Below, in pieces: positions 8,671 through 18,193 of a stretch of 64,000 nucleotides of DNA. The notes beneath the pieces were generated by a model, which had not been told where the DNA came from, searched no databases, and saw only the letters and a list, made by a program, of their open reading frames with translations. Source of the DNA: a virus (taxonomy: Duplodnaviria; Caudoviricetes); the IMG/VR virus record IMGVR_UViG_3300029305_001653, positions 32,001-96,000 of that record. One strand, given 5' to 3'. Numbering within the stretch: the stretch's first letter is position 1; the number at the start of each line of letters is the position of its first letter. A program made the position numbers and the translations under genes.

Positions 8671-10245
8671 ATGAGACGTAATAAACTTTTAGAATCTTTG
8701 AGTGCTAAATCTCAGGAGAATACAATGTTCAGAAGATATAATCTATCTGAGATTATATCTGAGAGTTACAAGACTCTCTACGATAGTGAGAGAGGATCTA
8801 ATCTCCAGAAGCTAGTAGAAGCACATCTCGAAGATGTAAGGAACAATCCTACAGATATTGATAGACTTTCTCGTCAGTTATGCAATCTAAAATATTTATC
8901 GATGATGGTAGAGTCTAAAAAGATGGAGGATGAAGAGCTTTTAGTCCCTGAAGAGGAGTATAGTAAAGTAGTTCCTGACGAGACTATAGAAGAGTCGAAA
9001 GAGGCAGAAGAGAAAGAGGTAGTAGAGGAAAATGACAAAACAGTTGCAGGAGATATAGAACTCTCTGATGAAGAATTAGAGGAATTAGCTAAGCATCTAG
9101 AAGAGATTCGTAAGAATAAGAAAACTAATGAGTCTTCTAGACCTCGTAGATTGAAGAAGTTAGGAGAAGCAGAGGTCTCAGGGTATACCTGGGATAGTGA
9201 GTGGTCTAAAGAATATGGACTCTCTGGACGTACAAAGTATTATATCAATAGAGGAGAATCTCTTGATAATCAGATTATAGGTACTATTTATGAGCCTGAT
9301 GGTGAAGAGTTTTTAGACTACGGTGTTGATATCTACGATACTCGTAAAAATGATATATTAGCAGGTACAGGTTATGATGAAGATGCTAATAGTTTTAGTT
9401 CGGAAGAAGAAGCTAAAAGATGGGTAGAGAATTGGTTCTCTAAAAATCTGAAAGAATCTTCTAGACCTCGTAGATTGAAGAGAACTAATGAATCTTCTTC
9501 ATGGGATAGAATTCCCTTGACTGAGTTCAAGAAGAAGTCGGCTACTAAGGCTTTCGTGAAGACATTCAGAAAGCTAGATAGTAAATTGCGTGAAGGTGCA
9601 GCACTAACTCGTCAAGAGTCTATTGCTCTTTATAAAGCAGCTAATTCTGCTATGACTCAACTCTCCGTAGAGTTAGAATACAATCCTGAATTCCTTAATA
9701 CATTCAGAGAATCTACACAGCTCCTTTCTGTAGATGTATCTAAGTTATTAGGTAGCTTAATGGAAGGTAAAGCTCCTAGTAAAGCTACTATGAAGTCTTT
9801 AGCTAAATTCTCTGAAGCTCTCCTCTATGAAGAGGAAGAAGAGGAGTTACCTCCTATCGAAGACGAAGATGTTAATTCCTCTGAAGAGTCTGAGGAGTTT
9901 GATCAGGAGTATGCAGAGGCGAGAGTAGAGTTACATAAAGAGTTAGCTAAAGAACATGAAGATTCTGAAGATCCTGATGTCCAAGAGAAACTCTCTCAGG
10001 ATGCAGAGGAAGTAACATCTTTACCTGGAATCACTGAGGAGCAAGTTGCTGAGATCGTAGGAGAAGAAGAATCAGAAGAAGAAGAAGCTCCTGTAGAAGA
10101 TGAATCTGACTCAGAGCTAGAAGAGGAAGAAGATATTACAGATGAGGAATTAGCTGCTCTCAAGAAACATCTCAAAGAGATGAGAGACACTAAGAAGAAT
10201 CCTGTAGAAGAGTCTACTAAACCTCGTAAATTACTTAAGAGGTAA
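8671..10245 (+). CDS. Prohead core/scaffold-like acidic polyprotein with many x-x-E-S sites
   Basis: Between portal and protease; very Glu-rich; repeated (T/L)xESSRPRRLK and DEEL..L.KHL.E.R units. Confidence 0.6.
   Translation: MRRNKLLESLSAKSQENTMFRRYNLSEIISESYKTLYDSERGSNLQKLVEAHLEDVRNNPTDIDRLSRQLCNLKYLSMMVESKKMEDEELLVPEEEYSKVVPDETIEESKEAEEKEVVEENDKTVAGDIELSDEELEELAKHLEEIRKNKKTNESSRPRRLKKLGEAEVSGYTWDSEWSKEYGLSGRTKYYINRGESLDNQIIGTIYEPDGEEFLDYGVDIYDTRKNDILAGTGYDEDANSFSSEEEAKRWVENWFSKNLKESSRPRRLKRTNESSSWDRIPLTEFKKKSATKAFVKTFRKLDSKLREGAALTRQESIALYKAANSAMTQLSVELEYNPEFLNTFRESTQLLSVDVSKLLGSLMEGKAPSKATMKSLAKFSEALLYEEEEEELPPIEDEDVNSSEESEEFDQEYAEARVELHKELAKEHEDSEDPDVQEKLSQDAEEVTSLPGITEEQVAEIVGEEESEEEEAPVEDESDSELEEEEDITDEELAALKKHLKEMRDTKKNPVEESTKPRKLLKR
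9133..9481 (+). repeat. Perfect 25-bp direct repeat (9133-9157 and 9457-9481) flanking an in-frame 108-codon module
   Basis: TCTTCTAGACCTCGTAGATTGAAGA twice, 324 bp apart. Confidence 0.9.
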
Positions 10246-10256
10246 GTAAGAGGAGT

Positions 10257-10643
10257 ATGGAGTATATAGTTAGGCGTCTAATAGAGTCTCGTAGACTCGA
10301 AGAAGCTAGAGGAGATACGACATTAAGACAAACTCTTGAGATATTAGCTGATGAATTTAATATAGAGAATTATGACTCTACTATAGAGTACTGCCTTCAT
10401 CATAAAAATGGTAACCATGATGAAAATAAGTTATACAATCTAGTACTTATGCCTAGTAGACGTCACAATAGTTATCATACTAAACTCAATCGTAGAGGTA
10501 TAGATAAACAGTCTAAAGAAGCTCTAGAACTCTTCGATAAAGAGTATGCAAACGACTGTGTATTCGTAGGAGAATTTCTTTACAGTAAGTTGATATTAGC
10601 TACTCAAGAAGTAAAAACAGCAGATAGTGAATGTCTAGAATAA
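10257..10643 (+). CDS. HNH-motif protein with leader MEYIVRRLIESRRLEE
   Basis: LHHKNGNHDENKLYNLVLMPSRRHNSYH is a beta-beta-alpha-Me HNH motif. Confidence 0.75.
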   Translation: MEYIVRRLIESRRLEEARGDTTLRQTLEILADEFNIENYDSTIEYCLHHKNGNHDENKLYNLVLMPSRRHNSYHTKLNRRGIDKQSKEALELFDKEYANDCVFVGEFLYSKLILATQEVKTADSECLE

Positions 10644-10657
10644 GATAATACTCTTTG

Positions 10658-10689
10658 ATACTGAGTGTAGTCAGTACTACACTCAGTAT
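10658..10689. terminator. Stem-loop, probable terminator
   Basis: ATACTGAGTGTAGT-CAGT-ACTACACTCAGTAT followed by TTCTTT. Confidence 0.7.
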
Positions 10690-10744
10690 TTCTTTAGATA
10701 TTTATAATAATACACATAATTAACAAGAAATGAGGTGAAACTCT

Positions 10745-11860
10745 TTGCAGCTTGTAGAAAAATCTATAGGTCCTTTATCAACTCAAGGAAAGAAAATCTT
10801 ATCAGGACTTTTTGCTGAGCTAGGTACACTTAATCAAAATGGCAGACGCTATCCTGATGACATATACGAATCTGCGTATGAAGAGTTGATACCAAAGATA
10901 AAAGATAAAAGATTGTTAGGTGAATTAGATCACCCTGTAGACTACGATGAAGTTAGATTATCTAATGTTTCTCATGTCATTACAGACTGTGAGATTCTAG
11001 AAGATCAAGGAGTCAAGAAAGTATATGGCTCTGTCGAATTATTAGATACTCCAGCTGGATTGATAGCTCAGTCTTTAGTAGAAGCAGGTATTCCTTTAGG
11101 CATCTCTTCTAGAGGAGTAGGCTCTACAAGACAAGTAAGAGATGGAGTAGAAGTTACTGACTTAAAACTTATCACTTATGATTTAGTAGCTGATCCGTCA
11201 TTTGCTAATGCGGTACTTTCTCCAGATCAGTCTAAAAAATTATCAGATAGTCTAGAATACATTGAGTCTAAACTACCTCTAAATGAATCTTTAGAGCATA
11301 ATAGCATAAGAGATATGATACATAATATTCGTGAATCTCTCATTAGTAAGAAGACTACTCCTACTAAAGAGATTAGTATAAATAAAGCAGAGACTGATAA
11401 TCTAAAAAGATTATTAGAGACTGCAGAGTCTACTATTAAATCAGATACAGAGAAGATGATAGAGTCTCGTAAAGAGATTAAATCTTTGAGAAGAGAGCTC
11501 ATGAGTGCTAATAAGAAGTATGAAAGCTTATTAGAAAATATGTTTAATCTACAAGAAGATTATAATAGATTGAAAGAAGCCTCTACCTATAAAGAAAAGA
11601 TTAATTCTCTTGAGCTAGAAATCGTAGAGCTAAGAAAAAATTTAGCTGTTGAAAAGAGAGGTATGTCGTACTCTCAAGTATCTGAATTACTAGAAGGAGC
11701 TAATACTATAGATGAAATCGAGAATAGACTGAATTCTCTATCTTCTGTAGGACGGAAACGTCAGACTACCATCAATATACAGTCTAATACTTTGACTGAG
11801 AGTACTAAGACTGAAAATCCTAGATTGTCTGGATTAGCTGCTATAGTATCTAGAGTTTAG
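10745..11860 (+). CDS. Prohead protease (T4 gp21-like) with C-terminal coiled-coil scaffold-like region
   Basis: NQNGRRYP, LGELDHP, VSH, GISSRGVGS, YDLVADPS. Confidence 0.92.
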   Translation: MQLVEKSIGPLSTQGKKILSGLFAELGTLNQNGRRYPDDIYESAYEELIPKIKDKRLLGELDHPVDYDEVRLSNVSHVITDCEILEDQGVKKVYGSVELLDTPAGLIAQSLVEAGIPLGISSRGVGSTRQVRDGVEVTDLKLITYDLVADPSFANAVLSPDQSKKLSDSLEYIESKLPLNESLEHNSIRDMIHNIRESLISKKTTPTKEISINKAETDNLKRLLETAESTIKSDTEKMIESRKEIKSLRRELMSANKKYESLLENMFNLQEDYNRLKEASTYKEKINSLELEIVELRKNLAVEKRGMSYSQVSELLEGANTIDEIENRLNSLSSVGRKRQTTINIQSNTLTESTKTENPRLSGLAAIVSRV

Positions 11861-11880
11861 TTAATTAGGAGGATATTTTA

Positions 11881-13386
11881 ATGAAGTTCAATAATAACAA
11901 GACTCTCGCTGAGAGTGTAATTATGAGAGGTCTTGATCTCTCTGAGTCTCGTAGATGGAAAGACTACACAACTGCTATCCGTGAAGGTTACAAGCAGAAG
12001 CACAAGTCTTCTATTCCGGACAATATCATCGCTACTACTGCTACTCTTCTTGAGAATACTTATCAGTATGCAGCTCGTATGGATGAAACAACTAGAGCAG
12101 TAAATCTCGGTACTTTCATCGACTATGGTTTCGATGTTATCTCCGCTACTGTTCCTAACCTTATCGCTCATGATATCGTATCCGTTCAGCCTATGAACGC
12201 TAAGCATGGTGCTATCTTCTATCTCCAGTACCTCTACGGTAACAACAAGGGTACTATCACTGCAGGTACTGAGATGAATTCTCCGTTCACTGGTATCAAT
12301 GGTAACTCCTTCAACTTCTCTAATGACGTAGTTGATGGTGAGTCCATTGGTCTTGGTGATGGTGCTACTACATCTTTCTCTACTACATTAGGTTACACTC
12401 CTGTACGTTCAGGTGCTACTGTAATTTATGTAGGCGGTGTTGAAGTTGCTAGAGTAGTTAGCTCTGCAAATGGTGTAGATACACTCGCAGCAATCGCTGG
12501 TTCTGGTGTATCGGGTACTGTAAACTTAGCTACTGGTGAAATTTCTCTTACTCTTGCAAATGCTCCTGCAGCAGATGCAGCAATCACTGCAGTTTATCGT
12601 TATGATATGGATCTAACTACTGTAGGTTACTCTCAGGTAGATCTTGATCTCGCTTCTATCTCTCTTGAAGCATTCCCGAGAAAGCTTCGTGCTCGTTGGC
12701 TCCTTGATGCTGGCTTCGAACTTCAGAAGATGAAGGGTATCGATGCTGAGTCTGAACTTGTTACTGCTATGAGCAATGAGATCAAGTTTGAAATCGATGG
12801 TGAGCTTCTCAAGGAACTCTATGCTAAGGCTGCTTGGACTGGATTCACTTGGGACTGCCAGATGCCTGGTAATCAGCTTAGCTACATGGAATACAAGCGT
12901 ACTATTATCGATCTCTTTACTGAAATGAGTAATAAGATCTTCACTGGTACAAAGCGTGTAGGTGCAAACTTCATTGTAGCTGGTGTTAATGTATGTAATA
13001 TCATTGAGACACTTCCTGAGTTCTCTGCTGATAACCTTGGTACTAAGTCTATCAATGGTCCTCACAAGATCGGTCGTCTCTCTAACAAGTGGGATGTTTA
13101 CAAGAATCCGTTCTACAATGACAACAACTTCGTACTTGGTTACAAGGGTAGCTCTTGGTTAGATGCTGGTTTCGTATACGCTCCTTACATGCCTCTCTAC
13201 GCTACTCCGACTCAGGTACTTGATGACTTCATCTTCCGTAAGGGTCTTGCTACTTCTTATGGTCAGGTGATGCTCAACAACAAGCTCTATGCTAAGGGTA
13301 GTATTACTAACTTCACTGCATCTCGTATGGTTAGTGATGCACTCACTGTTTCTCCTGCAGAAGGCTCTATCTGGGCTAATGCTTAA
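11881..13386 (+). CDS. Major capsid protein (T4 gp23-like)
   Basis: PNLIAHDIVSVQPM, RKLRARW, ELVTAMSNEIKFEID, GYKG..DAGFVYAPYMPL; high-expression codon bias. Confidence 0.95.
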   Translation: MKFNNNKTLAESVIMRGLDLSESRRWKDYTTAIREGYKQKHKSSIPDNIIATTATLLENTYQYAARMDETTRAVNLGTFIDYGFDVISATVPNLIAHDIVSVQPMNAKHGAIFYLQYLYGNNKGTITAGTEMNSPFTGINGNSFNFSNDVVDGESIGLGDGATTSFSTTLGYTPVRSGATVIYVGGVEVARVVSSANGVDTLAAIAGSGVSGTVNLATGEISLTLANAPAADAAITAVYRYDMDLTTVGYSQVDLDLASISLEAFPRKLRARWLLDAGFELQKMKGIDAESELVTAMSNEIKFEIDGELLKELYAKAAWTGFTWDCQMPGNQLSYMEYKRTIIDLFTEMSNKIFTGTKRVGANFIVAGVNVCNIIETLPEFSADNLGTKSINGPHKIGRLSNKWDVYKNPFYNDNNFVLGYKGSSWLDAGFVYAPYMPLYATPTQVLDDFIFRKGLATSYGQVMLNNKLYAKGSITNFTASRMVSDALTVSPAEGSIWANA

Positions 13387-13414
13387 TCTCTAGAGAATAG
13401 AGTATATACTGAGT

Positions 13415-13442
13415 AAGGGAGGAGGAGGAATCCTCCTCCCTT
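13415..13442 (+). terminator. Terminator after major capsid gene
   Basis: AAGGGAGGAGGA-GGAA-TCCTCCTCCCTT then TATA. Confidence 0.7.
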
Positions 13443-13472
13443 TATACATTTATAGAAAGATGAGGTGATCGT

Positions 13473-14168
13473 ATGCTACTATCTGAATTAGTAGAAGAGA
13501 TTAAAGTCGACTTAGGGTGCGATATAAATTCTTTAGGTATCAGTGATGAGTCTATAGCAAGAAAAGTACATGAAGCACTTAGGAAGATTAGTATATATGC
13601 TCCTTATGTTTGCGTAGAGAACTTTACTGTAGAAGGTAACTCTGTACAATTACCTAAAGATACTACAACTGTAGTCGAAGTACTTAATCTAGATAAACCT
13701 TCTGCTACTAGAGCTAGAGTAGTAGCAGATGACACTGATCTATTCTCTGTGAGTAGGTATTTGTACAACTATAATGATCTTAGTGACCCTTATATCTTCT
13801 TGATGCAAAAGAATGCAGTGAGCACTCTCCAGAATTTTGTAAGACTCACAGATACAAGATTTGAGAAGTCTGAACATAAATTATATCTTAGTAACGTTGA
13901 TGTAAAGAATCTATGTATTAAATATCTCAGGAACTACAGATCAGTAGAAGAAATAGAGGATAATGATGTATTACAGAGAGTGAAAGAGTACGCACTAGCT
14001 TTATGTAAGATAATAGAAGGGAATATCCGTAGAAAATTACAGTCAGCTCCAGGAGCTATTCAGTTAGATGGAGATAGTCTAGTATCTGAAGGCATGGAGG
14101 AGAAACGCAATATAGAGGAAAGACTAGTTTCAGAATTCCAGAACATAAGATTTGGAATTAGATGTTAG
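13473..14168 (+). CDS. Neck/head-tail adaptor (T4 gp13-like)
   Basis: EYALALCK..G.IRRK..GAIQLDGDSLVSEG pattern; position after capsid. Confidence 0.7.
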   Translation: MLLSELVEEIKVDLGCDINSLGISDESIARKVHEALRKISIYAPYVCVENFTVEGNSVQLPKDTTTVVEVLNLDKPSATRARVVADDTDLFSVSRYLYNYNDLSDPYIFLMQKNAVSTLQNFVRLTDTRFEKSEHKLYLSNVDVKNLCIKYLRNYRSVEEIEDNDVLQRVKEYALALCKIIEGNIRRKLQSAPGAIQLDGDSLVSEGMEEKRNIEERLVSEFQNIRFGIRC

Positions 14169-14181
14169 GTGAGAGGTACCT

Positions 14182-14673
14182 ATGGAAAGAAGATTAGATG
14201 AAATTACTCGTAAAGATATGATAAGTGATACGGATTCATGGACTAAAGACAAGGCAAAATTAGTCAAGAGAGCTGTATACTTAGGTATTACTGAGGACTA
14301 TACAGCATTCTTCCGAGTACCTTCTGTCACGGCTGATCCTCCTACTACTTACACTGTGAAGATTAAATTATCTGAGTATCCAGATATAGAAGATTCTGAA
14401 GATCTGGATGTTAGAGAGAAAGTCAGATTAGCTATAGCAGGAGACCTACATATTAGTTGTACTTGTCCTGCTTATTTATATTTCGGATATAAGTACATAC
14501 TTACTCAATTAGATGCTAATGAGTCAGAAGATGAGAATAGATTCCCTAAGATTAGGAATCCTAAATTACAAGGAGTCATGTGTAAACACTGTTATACTGC
14601 AATGAATGCGTTCCCTCTAAACTGGTCTTCTATCGCGAGAGATATCTCTAGCAAGAAGTTCCTTAGGAAGTAG
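14182..14673 (+). CDS. SWIM-type zinc finger protein
   Basis: CTCPAY ... CKH; short leader MERRLDE. Confidence 0.65.
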   Translation: MERRLDEITRKDMISDTDSWTKDKAKLVKRAVYLGITEDYTAFFRVPSVTADPPTTYTVKIKLSEYPDIEDSEDLDVREKVRLAIAGDLHISCTCPAYLYFGYKYILTQLDANESEDENRFPKIRNPKLQGVMCKHCYTAMNAFPLNWSSIARDISSKKFLRK

Positions 14674-14683
14674 GTGAGTAGTT

Positions 14684-15160
14684 GTGGGGTTACAGATCTC
14701 TAAGAAAGAAGTTCTCTACCATCGTAAGCAGATGTATGAAAATATGAAGGTACATGGAATCTCTGCAGTTATTGATTCTATAAAGGATAGTTATCTTGAT
14801 ACTTATGATTTCTATAATGATATCGTAGGAGAAGAAACTTCTTTTGACAGAACTATTAATACATTTATTACATATGAGGAAGTCCCTAGTATAAGAACTC
14901 TTAAGTCTTTAGGGTGGTATGTGGAGACAGAGGAATTCCCTGTAGTAGCTTACATACCTGTACTTTATATTAGAGAAAGTGGAAAACCTGCAGATTTTAG
15001 ACCTGCAGTTGATGATAAAGTAACTTTGGTGTCTAATCCTATAGATGATAATAGTAGTACAAGAAGTTTCCTTATAAAAGATTTTAAAGGTAATGGATTC
15101 CCTAATACTATATATTATACTGTAAAATTAGTACCTTTCAGAGCTGACAACTATGAGTAA
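14684..15160 (+). CDS. Putative head-closure/neck protein (gp14-like)
   Basis: TLKSLGW motif and synteny. Confidence 0.45.
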   Translation: MGLQISKKEVLYHRKQMYENMKVHGISAVIDSIKDSYLDTYDFYNDIVGEETSFDRTINTFITYEEVPSIRTLKSLGWYVETEEFPVVAYIPVLYIRESGKPADFRPAVDDKVTLVSNPIDDNSSTRSFLIKDFKGNGFPNTIYYTVKLVPFRADNYE

Positions 15161-15635
15161 TTTTGATATACGTATAAGTATTAAAAAGTTATCGAACTAT
15201 AGTGCATCATTAGATAATACAGAAGATAAAAAGACTTTATTACTGATGATTAAATCATTCTCTTACTATATCTCCAATCTCTATCTACGACTTATAGAAG
15301 AGAGTATTAATTCTAGGAGATATAACGGAGATTGGGAGCCTGTCGAGGACAAAGAGTATAAGAATTATATAGGTACAGTCCCTACTACAGATATCCTATA
15401 CGTAATAGGAGATGCTCTAGAAGTAGTTAAGATAGGTCACAATTTTGTAGTAAGAGTGAGTCCTAAGTACAAGTATCCAGGGACTAATATCCCTCTAATA
15501 AGAGTACTTAGAGCAATAGAGTACGGGACTTCTAAGTTCAATGCTCGTCCTCTCCTAGCGAAGAATTCTCAGCATATTAATCGTAGGATACTAGATTTGT
15601 GGAGAGGTTATTTGATGATGAAGGGAGTGATCTAG
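15153..15635 (+). CDS. Putative neck/tail completion protein (HK97 gp10-like motif)
   Basis: AIEYGTSKFNARPL. Confidence 0.5.
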   Translation: MSNFDIRISIKKLSNYSASLDNTEDKKTLLLMIKSFSYYISNLYLRLIEESINSRRYNGDWEPVEDKEYKNYIGTVPTTDILYVIGDALEVVKIGHNFVVRVSPKYKYPGTNIPLIRVLRAIEYGTSKFNARPLLAKNSQHINRRILDLWRGYLMMKGVI

Positions 15636-15636
15636 T

Positions 15637-16242
15637 ATATCTAACAGTCATACAGATATAGAGAAGTACGATAGAGCTGTTTTCGAGTATCTATCCTCTA
15701 TCTCTAGTAAAGTTGTCTATGCTCCTACACAAGTAGCTATAAGAACTATTACAAAACAAGAGAAGTATTCTGATAAGAAACCTTGGAATTTCATCAGCTT
15801 TTATCGTAGTTCCTCATTTGATATAGACTGGAATAGGATGAATAATCCTGCTACTGTATCAGGTGACTTAGTCAGTATGTCCCTCTTAACTGAACAACTT
15901 AGAGAAGCTAAGTATGTAAGGAATATCCCAGTTAATCTTACTTACAATGTGGAGATATGGGCATCTAAAGAGATAGAAGTACAAAATTTAGCTGTAGCTC
16001 TCATCTCCAAGATTTTCATGCAGGAACAAGTACTATTAGTACCTATAAATCCTGGAGGAGAGGTAGGTAGATTCCATATACTAGATGTATCCTGGAATGA
16101 TAACTCCGACCTAGAAAGAGAAACAGAGATAGGAAGGATATATAGACACACTATAGGATTTACTATAGACGCTAGAATAACTCTAACAGTAGATGTAGAG
16201 ACTGAGAAGTTCCCTATCATCCCTGTAGATATATATGAATGA
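15637..16242 (+). CDS. Putative tail terminator/completion protein; probable ATA start at 15637
   Basis: Frame of track ORF 15838-16242 is open back to 15631; GGGAGTGA lies 6 nt before ATA; fills an otherwise empty 200-bp gap; position before sheath. Confidence 0.5.
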   Translation: MSNSHTDIEKYDRAVFEYLSSISSKVVYAPTQVAIRTITKQEKYSDKKPWNFISFYRSSSFDIDWNRMNNPATVSGDLVSMSLLTEQLREAKYVRNIPVNLTYNVEIWASKEIEVQNLAVALISKIFMQEQVLLVPINPGGEVGRFHILDVSWNDNSDLERETEIGRIYRHTIGFTIDARITLTVDVETEKFPIIPVDIYE

Positions 16243-16277
16243 GTATAAGATACTAATCATCGAAAGGAGGAGTAAGA

Positions 16278-16664
16278 ATGAAGATTAAAAATCTAACTCC
16301 TGTAGTACAACAAGTGAAGATAGTAGAGATTATAGGAGGAAGAGAATTTACTATCTATATTGAAGGTAATGGATGCACTGAATTACAAGGATTCTATCTC
16401 TCAGATACAAATAAATTGAGAGGTATCATTGAAGTAGTCGGAACATCTCCATTTACTCATAGTGAAGAATTCATCAGTGAAGATGACTTTTCTAGTGAAG
16501 AAGAATTAGATCTCAGTGAAGATTCTCCTGAGGAAGAGGAAGTAACTCCTGATGAAGATGATCCCTCTAGTGTAGATAAATTTATCTGTGAAATTTGTGG
16601 AGCAGAATTTGCATCTGCTAGAGGATTAACTTCTCATAGAAGTAGATCTCATATAGAAGAATAA
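16278..16664 (+). CDS. Acidic protein with C-terminal C2H2 zinc finger
   Basis: FICEICGAEFASARGLTSHRSRSH. Confidence 0.7.
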   Translation: MKIKNLTPVVQQVKIVEIIGGREFTIYIEGNGCTELQGFYLSDTNKLRGIIEVVGTSPFTHSEEFISEDDFSSEEELDLSEDSPEEEEVTPDEDDPSSVDKFICEICGAEFASARGLTSHRSRSHIEE

Positions 16665-16683
16665 TACAAGGAGGGTTATTAAT

Positions 16684-18177
16684 ATGCAAATAGGAGCTTA
16701 TCCAATAGAAAGAGATTACTCTCACTATGTCGCATATGCTGCAAAGACAGTATTTGCTGTAGTAGGTACAGCTACTAAAGGTCCTATCGGAGTAGCGACA
16801 GTATGCACTAGTGCACAGGATCTTGTGAATAAATTCGGTCCTTTACACTCTAAGTGCTATGGACTATATGCAGGACAGTATTTCTTAAGTCAGTCATCTA
16901 AATTATATTTCGTAAGAGCAGCTTCTGAGAGTGCTACAGGATCTACTGTATCAATCTCTGGAGTAGATGCTGAAGGTAAAGAAGTGAGTGCCATCACTCT
17001 GAGCTTCATAGAGTCAGGTACTTACTATGATGGATACACAGTAGTCGTAGGCAAAGGAATTCCTAAAGTCATCGAAGGTGAGTCTATTGACACATACAAG
17101 TTCGCTATTAAGTCTAAAGCAGGTACTACACTAGAGACTATAGATAATATCCTGATAGAAGATATAGGTACTAAGTTCGTATCTAATTATGTCTCTGTAA
17201 CATATATGAATCCTGCTGTAGTAGCTCTAACTGAAGATGTGTACACATTTACTGGAGGAGCAGATGGTATAGAAGATATCTCTGAAGCAGACTATATAAA
17301 TGCTGCTCAAGTACTCGCTTCCGATACTATCGATATGAACTTATTCGCAGTACCTGGAGTTTCTGAAGCTCCTGTAGTAACTGCGATGTTAGCTTTAGCA
17401 GAATCTAGAGGAGACTGTCTCTATTTAGTAGATCCTCCTGCAGGATTGACTAAGGAAGGAGTAGCTCAGTGGCATAATGGTGCAGGAGAGTATCAGCATA
17501 CTGCATTTAATTCTAGTTATGGAGCTCTTTATTATGACTGGATTACTATCTATGATCCTATCAACAAGACAAGAGTGAATGTTCCTCCGAGTGTACTAGT
17601 AGCTGCAAGTTATGCTTATAGTGATCGTATTACTGAAGTGTGGTATGCACCTGCAGGTCTCAATAGAGGAATTATAAGAGGAGCATTAGATTCAGTAACT
17701 AAGTTAGGTAAGACAGACACAGAATACCTCTATACAGGAGACAATAGTATAAATGCTATTTATGATGATCCTCAGGTAGGACTCGTTATATGGGGTCAGA
17801 AGACTTTACTTAGAGCAGATACTGCATTAAATAGAGTAAATGTACGTAGAATGATGAATTACTTGAAGAGAGTCATCACTGCTGCATGTAATTATCTAAC
17901 ATTCGAACCTAATGATAGAGTTACATGGAATAGCTTCACTCTGAAAATATTACCTGTACTTAAGAATATCCAAGCAAAGAGAGGTATCTATGAGTTCAGA
18001 ATTATCAAGGGTGAGACTATTGTCACAGAAGAAGATATCGATAACTACAAGATGCCTTGTATGGTAATGATTAGACCTACGAAGTCTGCGGAGGAAATTC
18101 CGATTTACTTCACGATCACTAGCACAGGTGCTGACTTCAATGAAGTACTTGAAGCTAATGGTATCATTACAGAATAA
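16684..18177 (+). CDS. Tail sheath protein
   Basis: VGTATKGP, WYAPAGLNRG, IWGQKTL, RVNVRR, FEPND. Confidence 0.95.
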   Translation: MQIGAYPIERDYSHYVAYAAKTVFAVVGTATKGPIGVATVCTSAQDLVNKFGPLHSKCYGLYAGQYFLSQSSKLYFVRAASESATGSTVSISGVDAEGKEVSAITLSFIESGTYYDGYTVVVGKGIPKVIEGESIDTYKFAIKSKAGTTLETIDNILIEDIGTKFVSNYVSVTYMNPAVVALTEDVYTFTGGADGIEDISEADYINAAQVLASDTIDMNLFAVPGVSEAPVVTAMLALAESRGDCLYLVDPPAGLTKEGVAQWHNGAGEYQHTAFNSSYGALYYDWITIYDPINKTRVNVPPSVLVAASYAYSDRITEVWYAPAGLNRGIIRGALDSVTKLGKTDTEYLYTGDNSINAIYDDPQVGLVIWGQKTLLRADTALNRVNVRRMMNYLKRVITAACNYLTFEPNDRVTWNSFTLKILPVLKNIQAKRGIYEFRIIKGETIVTEEDIDNYKMPCMVMIRPTKSAEEIPIYFTITSTGADFNEVLEANGIITE

Positions 18178-18193
18178 TTGAAGGAGGGGTATT

